Positions 49,501-58,449 of a stretch of DNA of 64,000 nucleotides are shown one piece after another. A program made the translations under genes and the position numbers. The stretch is from Bacillota bacterium. Lineage in GTDB: Bacteria; Bacillota; Halanaerobiia; B1SED10-174. The stretch is from positions 285 through 64,284 of the forward strand of contig SKTZ01000092.1 in NCBI GenBank assembly GCA_007122335.1, given 5' to 3'. Each line of letters starts with the position of its first letter. The first letter of the stretch is position 1. The notes under the pieces are model-generated. The model had not been told where the DNA came from. It did no database searches and was given only the letters and a program-made list of their open reading frames with translations.

Positions 49501-50081
49501 ACCTGGAAATCAGGGGTGCCGGAAATATCTTAGGTCCCGAACAACACGGCCATATTGCTGCAGTAGGGTTTACTCTATACTGCAAGCTCCTCGAAGAAAC
49601 CCTGCAGGAGCTTTCAGGGAAGAAAGAAAAGGCGGAACACACGGAAGACATTGTTGTGGATACGGACTGGGATGCATACATTCCCGAAGATTATATCCCT
49701 GATACCCGGCAAAAAGTTGAAATTTACAAAAAGATTTCTGGTTTAAAGGAGGAAAATGACCAGGAAGATCTTCTTGACGAATTAATTGACCGCTTTGGGG
49801 ACCCACCTGAGCCCGTTATGAACCTTCTTTATCTGGCCCGGCTGCGAAGTAAGGCCCGGGAGAAAAATCTGGGGGAGATAAGGCTGCGCAAGGAACAAGC
49901 TCATATATATTTATCTCCGGATATTCCCCAGTTGGGAGAAAAGATAATTGCCCTGGGAGAAAAGTATAAGCGGCGTTTGAGAGTGAAGGGTAGTCGAAAT
50001 CCCCAGATTGTTCTTGATGTGGGGGGGATGGAAGACGGATTGGTTAAAAAGACCCTGGAAGAAATCCTGGAAAGCCTCTAG
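46590..50081 (+). CDS. mfd: Transcription-repair coupling factor
   Basis: Contains the CarD-like region (GDYVVHEHHGVG), helicase motif GDVGYGKTEVA, DEEQRFG and the TRG motif. ATG at 46590 follows AGGAAAGGGG. The ORF-track start at 46455 overlaps pth. Confidence 0.95.
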   Translation: MFLKILAQNASFSKLQQVLPGNKNIQLKDLETGPKSLFFWGASQENKNLIVLTGGPQEALELFEDLIQFDGDQVLYFPAQEILPHERIQADISLRRERMEVLTRLAASKKNFLVVTSIQAVLQGLLPPEVFQAHIRKLSLGETYDLKGLLKFLQRAGYERVPQVENWGQFSRRGGILDIFPLTRDTPVRIEFFDDEIDSIRSFDLGTQRSQEKLNEVIIPPASEQMLPSQRQEALKEIRKNREREEERLKKADKNEEAEYLKEKTGADLELIQQGQLSEGAGQYLPYFYRKMSSLLDFAGPVPMIMDNPRFIEQRAQNFAIEMAETEISLREQGSILPGYGENFHKFADILEVLLQRQLILVNENAPEDWQLGNLEEITVEAEGVSNFGGNLEKLVETAQKRLKSGYRVILSFGTRAKISKVREHLEGQELGCRTVNLKENISPGKINLVNATVRRGFNFPGEKLTWWSEQEVFGKQQLRKRKVQNLQEGIQISSFQELNPGDYVVHEHHGVGKYLGVRTEKVLEVHQDYLVIKYAGDDRLYVPTHQIHLIQKYVGMEDQPPRLYRLGGGDWNRVKKKVKESVQEMAQGLLQLYAERESARGYQYSPDTVWQAEFEEAFPYEETPDQIRAVEQIKGDMEDGRPMDRLLCGDVGYGKTEVAIRASFKAVMEGKQVAFLVPTTILAQQHFNTFLDRFEDYPVNIEMISRFRSPGKQKEILKKTREGQVDIIIGTHRLLSKDVSFRDLGLLIVDEEQRFGVVHKERIKELKKDVDVLTLTATPIPRTLHMSMVGMRDMSLIETPPRDRYPIRTYVREYNKDLIKEAIQRELAREGQVYFVHNRVEDIQDRADEVRRLVPEARVAVAHGQMAENTLEKIMLSFLKKEYDILVCTTIIETGMDITNVNTIIVNNADQMGLAQLYQLRGRVGRSNRVAYAYLLYRQGKVLSEVSEKRLMAIKEFTNLGSGFKLALRDLEIRGAGNILGPEQHGHIAAVGFTLYCKLLEETLQELSGKKEKAEHTEDIVVDTDWDAYIPEDYIPDTRQKVEIYKKISGLKEENDQEDLLDELIDRFGDPPEPVMNLLYLARLRSKAREKNLGEIRLRKEQAHIYLSPDIPQLGEKIIALGEKYKRRLRVKGSRNPQIVLDVGGMEDGLVKKTLEEILESL

Positions 50082-50239
50082 AAAAACCCTTACAGCCGGG
50101 GAAGGTAAAAAGCTTTCCCGGTTTAATCATTATCTGGAGGGGTATTGTTGTAATTTAACTTTAAAGGAGTTAGTGCTGGGGGTATAGAATTAATTTCTTT
50201 GGTTGGGGAGTTGCTAAACAATGTTAGGGGGCCCTGGAT

Positions 50240-51835
50240 ATGGGAGAAGGAACCGGCAGCAAATTTTTACGTGGTGCCTTAATATTATCGATTGCCGGCC
50301 TTACGAGTAAGCTGATTGGCTCGGTTTACCGGGTTGTGCTGACCCGGATTCTGGGAGCAGAAGGGATTGGTCTTTTTGAACTGGCCTATCCTATTTATGT
50401 TACACTTCTAACAATCTCCCGTTCGGGAATTCCTGTAGCCCTGGCCCGCCTTGTGGCCAGTGATATCGCCCTGGGTAAAAGAAGTGAAGCTCTTTCAACT
50501 TTCCGGACCGCCAGGTTTTTAGCCCTGGTAATTGGCCTGGCAGTTACAGTGCTCCTGATGGCCGGGAGCAAAAGTCTGATCAGTTTACTGGGCTGGGACC
50601 CCAGGGTTTTGCCTTCAATTCTTGCTATCGCCCCGGCCATATTTTTTGTTTCGGTTATGGCATCCTACCGTGGGTATTTCCAGGGTTTTCAGCGGATGGG
50701 CCCTACTGGATTTTCCCAGGTAGTTGAACAATTTGTCCGCATGGTAAGTATGATAATCCTGGTTTTTTTATTGTTACCACTTGGAGTGGAGTTTGCTGCT
50801 GCGGGAGCTACTTTTGGAGCAGTATCAGGGGCAATAGGCGGCCTTTTTGTAATGCTTTATTATTTCCGAAAGAGCGGACATGCGCCGGAAGGACTTGGAT
50901 TGCCGGGGCGAAATGAAATAAAGCTTCGCACTGGACGGATTTTTGAAGTGGCCTTACCTGTGACCTTTGGGGCCATGGTTTTTCCCCTGATGCGCCTGGT
51001 TGACGCAGTTATAATTCCCTCCCGACTTCAGTTCGCAGGCTGGACTGCTGTTGAAGCTACTTCCCTTTACGGAATTCTTTCCACTGCGCTGGTTCTGGTT
51101 AACTTTCCCACGATTTTAACAATTTCTCTGGCTGCATCTCTGGTTCCATCTATTTCCGAGGATTACGCCCTGGGCAATCGCGAAGTTCTGCGAAAAAGAG
51201 TTGACACCGCGCTCAGAATTGCTTTAATAATTGGCATCCCTGCTGCGGTAGGACTGGTTGCTCTTGCTCTACCCCTTACTGATGTAATAATGGGCCTGCC
51301 AGAAGCAGCAGTTCCCCTGCGGATAGTTGGCTGGGGGGTTCTTTTTATGGCCCTGCAGCAGACCAGTTCTGCCATTTTGCAGGGAGCAGGCAGACCCCGA
51401 ATTCCTGCTTTCAACCTTTTCTGGGGGGCTCTTCTGAACGGAGTAATCAACTTTACTTTGACTTCGATCCCGGAGATTGGGATTAATGGTGCGGCCCTGG
51501 GGACAACTATGGGTTTTGCTCTGGCGGCAGTCTTAAATCTGATCTGTGTTCACCGACATCTGGGGTATTCTTTAAATACATCCGGATTTTTGCCTGTCCC
51601 AATTAGCAGCCTGGGAATGTATCTTGTAATCTGGCCTGTGGGAAAGATCCTGGAAGATTTAACCGGAGCTGGATATGTTTTCGGAACTCTTTTAACGGTT
51701 ATCCTGGGAATGATTGTATTTTTTGTTCTGCTGCTTTTAACCGGGGGGATTAAAGATAGTGATTTTAATATGATCCCCAGGTATGGAGATAAATTAAGGA
51801 GTTTTCTTAGGCGAAACCGGCTGTGGAGGGGGTAA
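50240..51835 (+). CDS. MOP-superfamily flippase (YabM / SpoVB / MurJ-like polysaccharide biosynthesis protein)
   Basis: About 14 TM segments with an N-terminus typical of the family (FLRGALILSIAGLTSKLIGSVYR). Synteny matches B. subtilis yabM. Confidence 0.75.
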   Translation: MGEGTGSKFLRGALILSIAGLTSKLIGSVYRVVLTRILGAEGIGLFELAYPIYVTLLTISRSGIPVALARLVASDIALGKRSEALSTFRTARFLALVIGLAVTVLLMAGSKSLISLLGWDPRVLPSILAIAPAIFFVSVMASYRGYFQGFQRMGPTGFSQVVEQFVRMVSMIILVFLLLPLGVEFAAAGATFGAVSGAIGGLFVMLYYFRKSGHAPEGLGLPGRNEIKLRTGRIFEVALPVTFGAMVFPLMRLVDAVIIPSRLQFAGWTAVEATSLYGILSTALVLVNFPTILTISLAASLVPSISEDYALGNREVLRKRVDTALRIALIIGIPAAVGLVALALPLTDVIMGLPEAAVPLRIVGWGVLFMALQQTSSAILQGAGRPRIPAFNLFWGALLNGVINFTLTSIPEIGINGAALGTTMGFALAAVLNLICVHRHLGYSLNTSGFLPVPISSLGMYLVIWPVGKILEDLTGAGYVFGTLLTVILGMIVFFVLLLLTGGIKDSDFNMIPRYGDKLRSFLRRNRLWRG

Positions 51836-51839
51836 AATA

Positions 51840-52640
51840 GTGAGCCAAGAAAAGACCAAGGGGAATGCTGCGAGGGAAATTGAAGAATTAATTGAAGTTA
51901 TGGCAAAATTGCGAGGACCAGGTGGTTGCCCCTGGGATCGGGAACAGGATCATCAGAGTTTAGCAGGCTACCTTTTACAGGAAACATATGAGGTTCTCGA
52001 TGCCCTGGAAAAAGGGGCTGACGGGGAGATATGCGAAGAACTGGGGGACCTGCTTTTGCAGATTGTTTTCCATGCCCAGGTTGCCAGGGAAACGGGGAAT
52101 TTTGATTTTGCCGATATCTGCAGGGGAATCAAAGAAAAATTAATTCGCAGACATCCCCACGTTTTTGGAGAAGGAAAGGTCCAGGATAGTGCCGAAGTAA
52201 GTAAAAATTGGGAAGCCATAAAAAAAGAAGAAAAAAAGACTCGAAAAGGCATGTTGACCGGGGTCTCAAGGAGTCAACCCGCCTTACTTGAAGCGGAAGA
52301 ATTGCAGAGCAGGGCCCGGACTGTCGGTTTTGACTGGCCCGAGGTGGAGGGTGCTCTGGAAAAAGTTTCCGAAGAACTGCAAGAATTGAAAGAAGCCATA
52401 TCGAGTGAGAATGGCCCGACAGAAGAAGAACTGGGTGATTTACTTTTTGCCGTGGTTAATGTTGGGCGGTTTTTAAATATTGATGGTGAGCTTGCCCTGC
52501 GCAAAACAAACAGCAAATTTCGACGGAGGTTTGCTTTTATCGAGTCCGAATTAAAAAAGCAGGGTAAGGAACCCCAGGAAAGCAATCTGGAAGAAATGGA
52601 TAAAATCTGGGAAAAGAGCAAGGAGGAGCCAAGGGAATGA
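51840..52640 (+). CDS. mazG: Nucleoside triphosphate pyrophosphohydrolase MazG
   Basis: Two MazG EExxE modules (ETYEVLDA...EELGDLLLQ and EELGDLLFA). Confidence 0.9.
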   Translation: MSQEKTKGNAAREIEELIEVMAKLRGPGGCPWDREQDHQSLAGYLLQETYEVLDALEKGADGEICEELGDLLLQIVFHAQVARETGNFDFADICRGIKEKLIRRHPHVFGEGKVQDSAEVSKNWEAIKKEEKKTRKGMLTGVSRSQPALLEAEELQSRARTVGFDWPEVEGALEKVSEELQELKEAISSENGPTEEELGDLLFAVVNVGRFLNIDGELALRKTNSKFRRRFAFIESELKKQGKEPQESNLEEMDKIWEKSKEEPRE

Positions 52641-53791
52641 AAAATTTGGCAAAACTTTTTTTAATCTTGATGTTTGTTTGTTTGAGTTTAACCCCGGCCT
52701 GGGCCAGTGATTTTGAGGTGGGCGGTGTTTCTGCAATCCTTATGGATCCGGAAACAGGACAAATCCTGTTTTCTCAGAATCCCCATGTCCGGACCGAACC
52801 TGCTTCAATTACCAAAATTATGACTATGCTAATTATCAAGGAAGCTATTGAAGCCGGGGAAATGTCCTATGATGACATGGTTACAATCAGCCGACACGCC
52901 CAGTCCATGTATGGATCACAGATTTTCCTGCACGCAGGAGAGCGAGTTTCTGTTTATGATTTAATGAAGGCCGTGGCGATAAGTTCCGCAAATGACGCTA
53001 CAGTTGCTCTTGCAGAATTCTATTCAGGGTCAGAAAATGTTTTTGTCCGGCTGATGAACAGGCGGGCTGAAGAACTAGGGATGGAAAATACTCATTTTGA
53101 AAATACTACGGGGCTTCCCCCCGAAGAAGGGGAACACTATTCAACGGCATATGATATTGCTCTTATGAGCCAGGAGTTCATCAAGCACCCCAAACTCCTT
53201 GAAATGACATCAATCTGGATGGAGAATATTGACCTTCCCGGCCGGCAGGCGATGCTGGTTAATTTTAACCGGCTGGTCCGAAGTTACCCAGGAGTTGATG
53301 GAATTAAAACAGGTCATACCTCCCGGGCAGGATACTGCCTCGCGGCAACAGCGAAAAGAGATGACCGCCGCTTTATTGCCGTAATTATGAACGTGGAATC
53401 CGAAGAGGCCCGCCAGGAAGAAATGACCCGTTTACTGGATTTTGCTTTTAGGGCTTTTGACCGCCAGGAACTTGTCAGGCAGGGAGATGAGGTTAAAACC
53501 ATTGAAGTTCTATCGGCAAGCAACCCCAAGGTAAGTATTGTTGCTTCAGAGAGCCTGATGCCATATGTCCGGCGGGGTTCTCCTGAAGGGGTCCGCCTGG
53601 AAACAGAGCTTCAGGAAATCAGGGCACCCCTGGAAGCCGGTCAGGTAGTTGGCAAGGTAATGGCCTATCACGAAGGAGACCTGCTTGGCGAAGTTGACCT
53701 TGAAGTTAAGGAAAGTGTAAGCAGAGCTAACTTCCTTGTTGTAATATGGAGGTCAATTATTAACTTTATCAAAAACCTTCTGACTGTATAG
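52637..53791 (+). CDS. D-alanyl-D-alanine carboxypeptidase (PBP5-type, S11)
   Basis: Has a signal peptide plus ASITK (SxxK), SSAND (SxN) and KTGHT (KTG). Confidence 0.9.
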   Translation: MKNLAKLFLILMFVCLSLTPAWASDFEVGGVSAILMDPETGQILFSQNPHVRTEPASITKIMTMLIIKEAIEAGEMSYDDMVTISRHAQSMYGSQIFLHAGERVSVYDLMKAVAISSANDATVALAEFYSGSENVFVRLMNRRAEELGMENTHFENTTGLPPEEGEHYSTAYDIALMSQEFIKHPKLLEMTSIWMENIDLPGRQAMLVNFNRLVRSYPGVDGIKTGHTSRAGYCLAATAKRDDRRFIAVIMNVESEEARQEEMTRLLDFAFRAFDRQELVRQGDEVKTIEVLSASNPKVSIVASESLMPYVRRGSPEGVRLETELQEIRAPLEAGQVVGKVMAYHEGDLLGEVDLEVKESVSRANFLVVIWRSIINFIKNLLTV

Positions 53792-53888
53792 TAATTTCAA
53801 TATTTCAAAAACCAATTAATAGTTCCTCAAATGCATGGTTTTTCAGGTGTTCCAAATTGAATTAATTCTAAGCGTGAGGAGGGGAAGT

Positions 53889-54317
53889 ATGGAAACAAAA
53901 ATGGAAAGAATGAAGAAAAAGGTCGGACAGTTGTTCAGCAAGTCAAAAATGCGAACCGAAGAAGCTCTTCAGATTACCCAGCTGAATCAAAAACTCCGCT
54001 CCTTACGCAGTGAACGCGAGGAGGGAATAAGGAAAATAGGCGAAAAAGCTTTTTCTCACTGGAAGGAAGGGGAGAAGGATTTTGGCCTTTTGGAAGAGTT
54101 ATTCCTGATGGTGGATAAAAAGGAAATTGAAATAGCCAGGACTGAACAGGAAAAAGAAAAGGTCCGTTTAGCTTTCTCTGAAAAAATCCGGGAAGTTGAA
54201 GAGGAAAAAGCCACCCCAGAAGAGGAAATAGAAGAGGAAAAGGAAGAAGAAAAAGAAGAAATAGTTCCGGAAAAGGACCAACCCGGCCCCGAAAAAGAAG
54301 AAGAAAAAAAGGCTTGA
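53889..54317 (+). CDS. Hypothetical coiled-coil protein with a Glu/Lys-rich tail
   Basis: ATG at 53889 follows GAGGAGGGG. The C-terminus is low-complexity (EEEKEEEKEE). Confidence 0.45.
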   Translation: METKMERMKKKVGQLFSKSKMRTEEALQITQLNQKLRSLRSEREEGIRKIGEKAFSHWKEGEKDFGLLEELFLMVDKKEIEIARTEQEKEKVRLAFSEKIREVEEEKATPEEEIEEEKEEEKEEIVPEKDQPGPEKEEEKKA

Positions 54318-54419
54318 CATCCCCCGCAGAAATATGTATTATCTTAAGAGGACGGTGAAGTCAACCGTCATTCTTTTTGGGGAAAAAGGATTGACAAGGT
54401 TTCATTCAGCAGGTATAAT
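54314..54419 (+). promoter_or_regulatory. Tandem promoters of the tRNA operon
   Basis: TTGACA-17-TATTAT (54314-54342) and TTGACA-17-TATAAT (54391-54419). Confidence 0.65.
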
Positions 54420-54442
54420 ATAAAACGCACACCGAAGAACAC

Positions 54443-54517
54443 TGGGGTGTGGCCAAGTGGTAAGGCAAAGGACTTTGGATCCTTTATTCCCAGGTTCGAA
54501 TCCTGGCACCCCAGCCA
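54443..54517 (+). tRNA. tRNA-Gln (UUG)
   Basis: Cloverleaf with anticodon loop CTTTGGA between AAGGA/TCCTT. CCA is encoded. Confidence 0.9.
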
Positions 54518-54520
54518 GAC

Positions 54521-54596
54521 GGGCCATTAGCTCAGTTGGCAGAGCACCTGACTTTTAATCAGGGTGTCCCAGGTTCGAATCCTGGATGGCTCACCA
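54521..54596 (+). tRNA. tRNA-Lys (UUU)
   Basis: Anticodon loop CTTTTAA between CCTGA/TCAGG. GGTTCGAATCC T-arm. CCA is encoded. Confidence 0.9.
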
Positions 54597-54599
54597 AAT

Positions 54600-54676
54600 C
54601 GCGGGATAGAGCAGTCTGGTAGCTCGTCAGGCTCATAACCTGGAGGTCGTCGGTTCAAATCCGACTCCCGCAACCA
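54600..54676 (+). tRNA. Initiator tRNA-fMet (CAU)
   Basis: Has the C1-A72 mismatch (CGCGGGA...CCCGCAA) and is nearly identical in layout to the E. coli and B. subtilis initiators. The anticodon stem has only two of the usual three G-C pairs (CAGG/CCTG). Confidence 0.85.
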
Positions 54677-54693
54677 ATGCTAAAAACTTAGGC

Positions 54694-54787
54694 GGAGAGA
54701 TACCCAAGTCGGCTGAAGGGGCGGGTTTGCTAAACCTGTAGTAGGGGATCTCCCCTAGCGAGGGTTCGAATCCCTCTCTCTCCGCCA
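54694..54787 (+). tRNA. tRNA-Ser (GCU)
   Basis: Acceptor stem GGAGAGA...TCTCTCC plus G plus CCA. Long variable arm. Anticodon loop TTGCTAA. Confidence 0.9.
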
Positions 54788-54792
54788 TATAC

Positions 54793-54868
54793 GCCCCCAT
54801 CGTCTAGTGGACTAGGACACCGCCCTTTCACGGCGGCGGCAGGGGTTCAAATCCCCTTGGGGGTGCCA
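54793..54868 (+). tRNA. tRNA-Glu (UUC)
   Basis: Anticodon loop CTTTCAC between CCGCC/GGCGG. Confidence 0.9.
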
Positions 54869-54871
54869 TAC

Positions 54872-54947
54872 GGGCGGATAGCTCAGTTGGGAGAGCACCT
54901 GCCTTACAAGCAGGGGGTCACAGGTTCAAGTCCTGTTTCGCCCACCA
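54872..54947 (+). tRNA. tRNA-Val (UAC)
   Basis: Anticodon loop CTTACAA between CCTGC/GCAGG. Confidence 0.9.
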
Positions 54948-54959
54948 TTTTAAACAAGC

Positions 54960-55036
54960 GGAGCTGTAGCGAAGTGGCTCAACGCGCCGGCCTGTCACGC
55001 CGGAGACCGCGGGTTCGAATCCCGTCAGCTCCGCCA
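54960..55036 (+). tRNA. tRNA-Asp (GUC)
   Basis: Anticodon loop CTGTCAC between CCGGC/GCCGG. Acceptor stem GGAGCTG/CAGCTCC. Confidence 0.9.
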
Positions 55037-55044
55037 CTTTTTTT

Positions 55045-55120
55045 GCCGATGTAGCTCAGCAGGTAGAGCACATCCATGGTAAGGATGGGGTCACCGGTTC
55101 AAATCCGGTCATCGGCTCCA
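55045..55120 (+). tRNA. tRNA-Thr (GGU)
   Basis: Anticodon loop ATGGTAA between CATCC/GGATG. Confidence 0.9.
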
Positions 55121-55128
55121 CTTTTTGT

Positions 55129-55204
55129 GGGGATGTAGCTCAGTTGGGAGAGCGCGTGAATGGCATTCACGAGGTCAGGGGTTCGATTCCCCTCATCTCC
55201 ACCA
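55129..55204 (+). tRNA. tRNA-Ala (GGC)
   Basis: The G3:U70 identity pair is present. Anticodon loop ATGGCAT between CGTGA/TCACG. Confidence 0.9.
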
Positions 55205-55211
55205 TGAATTT

Positions 55212-55250
55212 AAACCCCTGAGAACAAGGTTCTCAGGGGTTTTTTGTTTT
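55212..55250 (+). terminator. Terminator of the tRNA operon
   Basis: Hairpin CCCCTGAGAAC-aagg-GTTCTCAGGGG followed by TTTTTTGTTTTT. Confidence 0.85.
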
Positions 55251-55465
55251 TGGGCAAAAAAATAATTGTTCTGAAAGTGGGCCCATGGTGTACTCGCTTT
55301 TTACTTGTGTTATTGTTTTACACTTAATCGGTTTAGGTTTAATTGTTCTTATTTGCAGGAGGCTAGCAGAAAGATGCAGAAAATTTAATAAATATGATCC
55401 TAAATGAATTTGTGGGGAGAAAATATTAATAACAGATGAACTCGCAAGCAGAAAGAAGGGTATGT

Positions 55466-55651
55466 ATGTCGGGAAAAAATAATGAAAAACTCAGTAATAA
55501 GCTGTGGAGTGCAGCAGACCAGTTTTGGGAAAATTCCAAAATGAACTCAATTAACTTTTCATTACCTGTTTTAGGTCTGATTTTCTTGAACTGTGCAGAC
55601 CCCAAGTTTCCAGTTATGGACTTTAAAAAAACAAGCAAAAATTCCAGATAG
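55466..55651 (+). pseudogene. N-terminal fragment of a type I restriction-modification methylase (HsdM)
   Basis: MSGKNNEKLSNKLWSAADQFWENSKMNSINFSLPVLGLIFL resembles the HsdM N-terminal pattern (LWxAAD...EYxxxvLGLIFLK). The frame stops after about 60 aa, and no catalytic domain follows. Confidence 0.5.
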
Positions 55652-55689
55652 AAACTAATCGAGGCTTTTCTTGATTAGAATTGATAGTC

Positions 55690-56100
55690 AATATAAATAA
55701 GCTTTCTCCCGAGAAATACTGGAGAAACACTGGGGGGACTCCAGTGAATATTGATAGCCAGTGGATTATTTTGATAGTTGTCAAACCCATTCCACGCTCT
55801 GCAATGTTGTCCAGGAGAGGGGAGTGTTCATAGGCAAGATGCACGGCTACATGAGGATGCACTGGACTAAAAAGGACCTGGAATGGACGGTTTATCCCCG
55901 GCAGGTTATGGAGATAGCAACCGGCCTGAATAATAAGTGCTCCCTGGACGGGCGCGATCCTGACGGATATGCCGGTATCGTCTGAAGCGTGGGAGGATTC
56001 CAGGGGCTGGCCTGAAGAGCCCGTTTAGGGCAAAATCCGCTATATGAGTTACAGCAACAAGTCTAAGTTTAATGTTAAGAGATAGATCGAAAAGGTGTCC
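55690..56100 (+). pseudogene. Class II CPD photolyase C-terminal remnant (frameshifted, with stop codons)
   Basis: GKMHGYMRMHWTKKDLEW...LNNKCSLDGRDPDGYAGI matches the photolyase class II C-terminus. The continuation GKIRYMSY...KFNVKRYIEK is in another frame and is interrupted by stop codons. Confidence 0.65.
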
Positions 56101-56164
56101 TCATATACTGGGCAAGAGTAGCAATCTAAAAGTTGATTTTAGTGTTATTCAGGAGGTGGAACTT

Positions 56165-57118
56165 GTGCAAGCGGAAATAAAAATAGGAGTTAGCTCCTGC
56201 TTATTAGGGAATCCTGTCCGTTATGACGGGGGCCATAAGCATGACCGTTACATAACGGATACCCTGGGCAAATATTTTAAGTTTGTGCCCGTGTGTCCCG
56301 AAGTAGAATGCGGTTTGCCGGTACCCCGTGAAGCAATGCGCCTGGTAGGTGATATCGAAAACCCCCGCCTTTTGACATCGCGTTCAGGCCAGGATTATAC
56401 TGAGCAAATGCAGCAGTTTAGTGCCAGGAAGGTGGAGGAATTAGAAAAAATGAACCTGTGTGGGTTTATCTTTAAAAAGGATTCACCCAGCTCCGGCCTT
56501 TTTCGTGTTAAGGTTTACCCACCTTCCGGTCAATCTTCCCTTAAAGTAGGCAGGGGTTTTTTTGCTGCAGCGATGGCAGAGCGATTTCCCCAACTACCCA
56601 TGGAAGAGGAGGGACGCCTGCACGATCCTCTAATACGGGAAAACTTTTTAGAGCATGTCTTTAGCTACAGGCGCTGGAGAGATTTTCTGGAGGACCGGCC
56701 GGATTACAAAAAGCTTATCGCCTTTCACACTCGGCAAAAACTTCTTCTCATGGCCCACAGCCCGCCGCACTATGCCATCCTCGGGAAGCTGGTTGCCTCC
56801 GGCAAAAAACAGCCCAAAAAGCAGTTGCTGGAAGATTATGAAATTAAATACATGGATGCTCTCTCCAACTTTTCCTCAATAAAAAAACACACCAACGTCA
56901 TGCAGCATATTATGGGTTACTTTAAAGACCGGATTACCCCGGATGAAAAACAAGAGCTTTTGGAATTAATCTGGAATTATAGGGAGGGGTTGGTACCCCT
57001 AACGGTTCCTTTAACCCTAATAAACCATTATGTACGCAAGTATGATACTGCATACCTGAAAAAACAGGTTTATCTCTCTCCCCACCCCGCGGAACTTATG
57101 CTGAGGAATCACGTCTGA
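56165..57118 (+). CDS. DUF523 (TudS-like) plus DUF1722 (YbgA-like) fusion protein
   Basis: Contains IGVSSCLLGNPVRYDGGHK and VPVCPEVECGLPVPR, plus a C-terminal YbgA-like region. GTG at 56165 follows AGGAGGTGGA. The longer ORF-track start overlaps the photolyase remnant. Confidence 0.75.
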   Translation: MQAEIKIGVSSCLLGNPVRYDGGHKHDRYITDTLGKYFKFVPVCPEVECGLPVPREAMRLVGDIENPRLLTSRSGQDYTEQMQQFSARKVEELEKMNLCGFIFKKDSPSSGLFRVKVYPPSGQSSLKVGRGFFAAAMAERFPQLPMEEEGRLHDPLIRENFLEHVFSYRRWRDFLEDRPDYKKLIAFHTRQKLLLMAHSPPHYAILGKLVASGKKQPKKQLLEDYEIKYMDALSNFSSIKKHTNVMQHIMGYFKDRITPDEKQELLELIWNYREGLVPLTVPLTLINHYVRKYDTAYLKKQVYLSPHPAELMLRNHV

Positions 57119-57217
57119 TACCTGTAAAAAGCCGGAGGGGAAGGGCTATATTTTCCGGAAAGTTTTCTAAAAAGCTTTTCTACCAACGTCTTATACTCTT
57201 GTAAATGGACAGGAATC

Positions 57218-57667
57218 TCAGGGTTCTTGTGAGCATTTGTCTTCTGCTGCCCAGGTTTTCACCCTGTCTTGTGCATCTGATATAACTGCATGCCGGAGAT
57301 TAACGGTAATAATGGAAATGTTTTCTCCCTTAATAAAGGCTCCCTTATTCCGGTGATGTTCGTAATGGTTCTCCCTGTAGTAGCTGTCGTTAGCGGTGGG
57401 AACTATCGATGCCGTGCCGAAAAGAGTGCAGCTGATGGGTGGCTCACCGGCTTTTCCTGTGTTGTAAAAAAGTAACGCTACTTCTTTGTTTTCCTCGATG
57501 TGCTTAACTTTGCTGGAATCAGTCCTGCTGCTCATAATAATCAGATTTTCTTGGGATAAATAGGTAAAAACCATCAGGAAAGCATGGGGACGATTAGCGT
57601 AACTGGTTGCTAAAGTACAAAGCTTTTCCCCGTTAAGCAGTCTAAGCATTTCTGCAGGTAATTTCAT
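57218..57667 (-). CDS. Pyridoxamine 5'-phosphate oxidase-family (general stress protein 26-like) protein
   Basis: ATG at 57667 follows AAGGAGGTGGA. The split-barrel pattern LCTLATSYANRPHAFLMVF...VALLFY is present. Confidence 0.65.
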   Translation of the reverse strand: MKLPAEMLRLLNGEKLCTLATSYANRPHAFLMVFTYLSQENLIIMSSRTDSSKVKHIEENKEVALLFYNTGKAGEPPISCTLFGTASIVPTANDSYYRENHYEHHRNKGAFIKGENISIITVNLRHAVISDAQDRVKTWAAEDKCSQEP

Positions 57668-58320
57668 ATCGTCCACCTCCTTTATATTTAAATTGTTTGC
57701 TTTCGAAGCAAATTTCATCTCCTTCCACACCTCTTATTTTCTCTTTATTCCTCTCCTGACCTCTTTTTTCTCTCCTTTTATTATATTGTAAATATTGGGG
57801 GAATAAAAAGAATTAGGGTTATGTGCAGCTAGTTTTGCAAATAGCAAAACCATTTTGACGGTTGCCAGGGATTATCAGTAATGTCTTAAAAAATATTTAT
57901 ATGGAATTTCCACCTCTTGGGAGGGGCAGGGTGGTTATAATCTATGAAGCGGGCTAAAAAAATTAGCCCCTGGAGGGCTAAAATGCTGGAGTTCAATTAG
58001 CTTGGCTAGCTGCTAAACCTGTACATTCGGAATATATTGCCTATTTAATGATTGGTTCAATTTTTTCCTTTGGTTTTGGAGTTCTTAAAAACTCACAACA
58101 TTAGTAACTCTCAATTTAATACAACCTTTTCTTAGGGACCGCTAAAAAGTTCCCGGGATTTCTGCATTTGTTAAAACTTTGCAGTCCTTAGTTGCCTTAG
58201 TTTAGAAAAATCTTTACTCACTGTCCTGAAAATATAACAAACATATTCAATACCAACTCGACAAAACTATTAATGTGGTTATTTCCATTTTTCCGGTGGA
58301 ATCGTAGGTGGCATGATTGT

Positions 58321-58449
58321 CTATTTTGCAAACAACACCACTTCCAACTTATTTGCAGCTCCTTGTTGCATATCGGGCAGAATATGTGAATAGGTATCAG
58401 TAGTTAGGTTAATACTGGAGCGACCCAGTCTTTCGCTTACAACCTTTAG
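58321..58449 (-). pseudogene. C-terminal remnant of a tyrosine recombinase / phage integrase
   Basis: The minus-strand translation ...LKVVSERLGRSSINLTTDTYSHILPDMQQGAANKLEVVLFAK* includes the LGHSSI..T..Y.H catalytic-Tyr region. Upstream integrase sequence is absent. Confidence 0.65.

Noticed and set aside
54857-55054. 65-aa ORF inside the tRNA cluster
   Set aside because: It lies entirely across tRNA-Glu, tRNA-Val and tRNA-Asp, so it is an artefact of the ORF scan.
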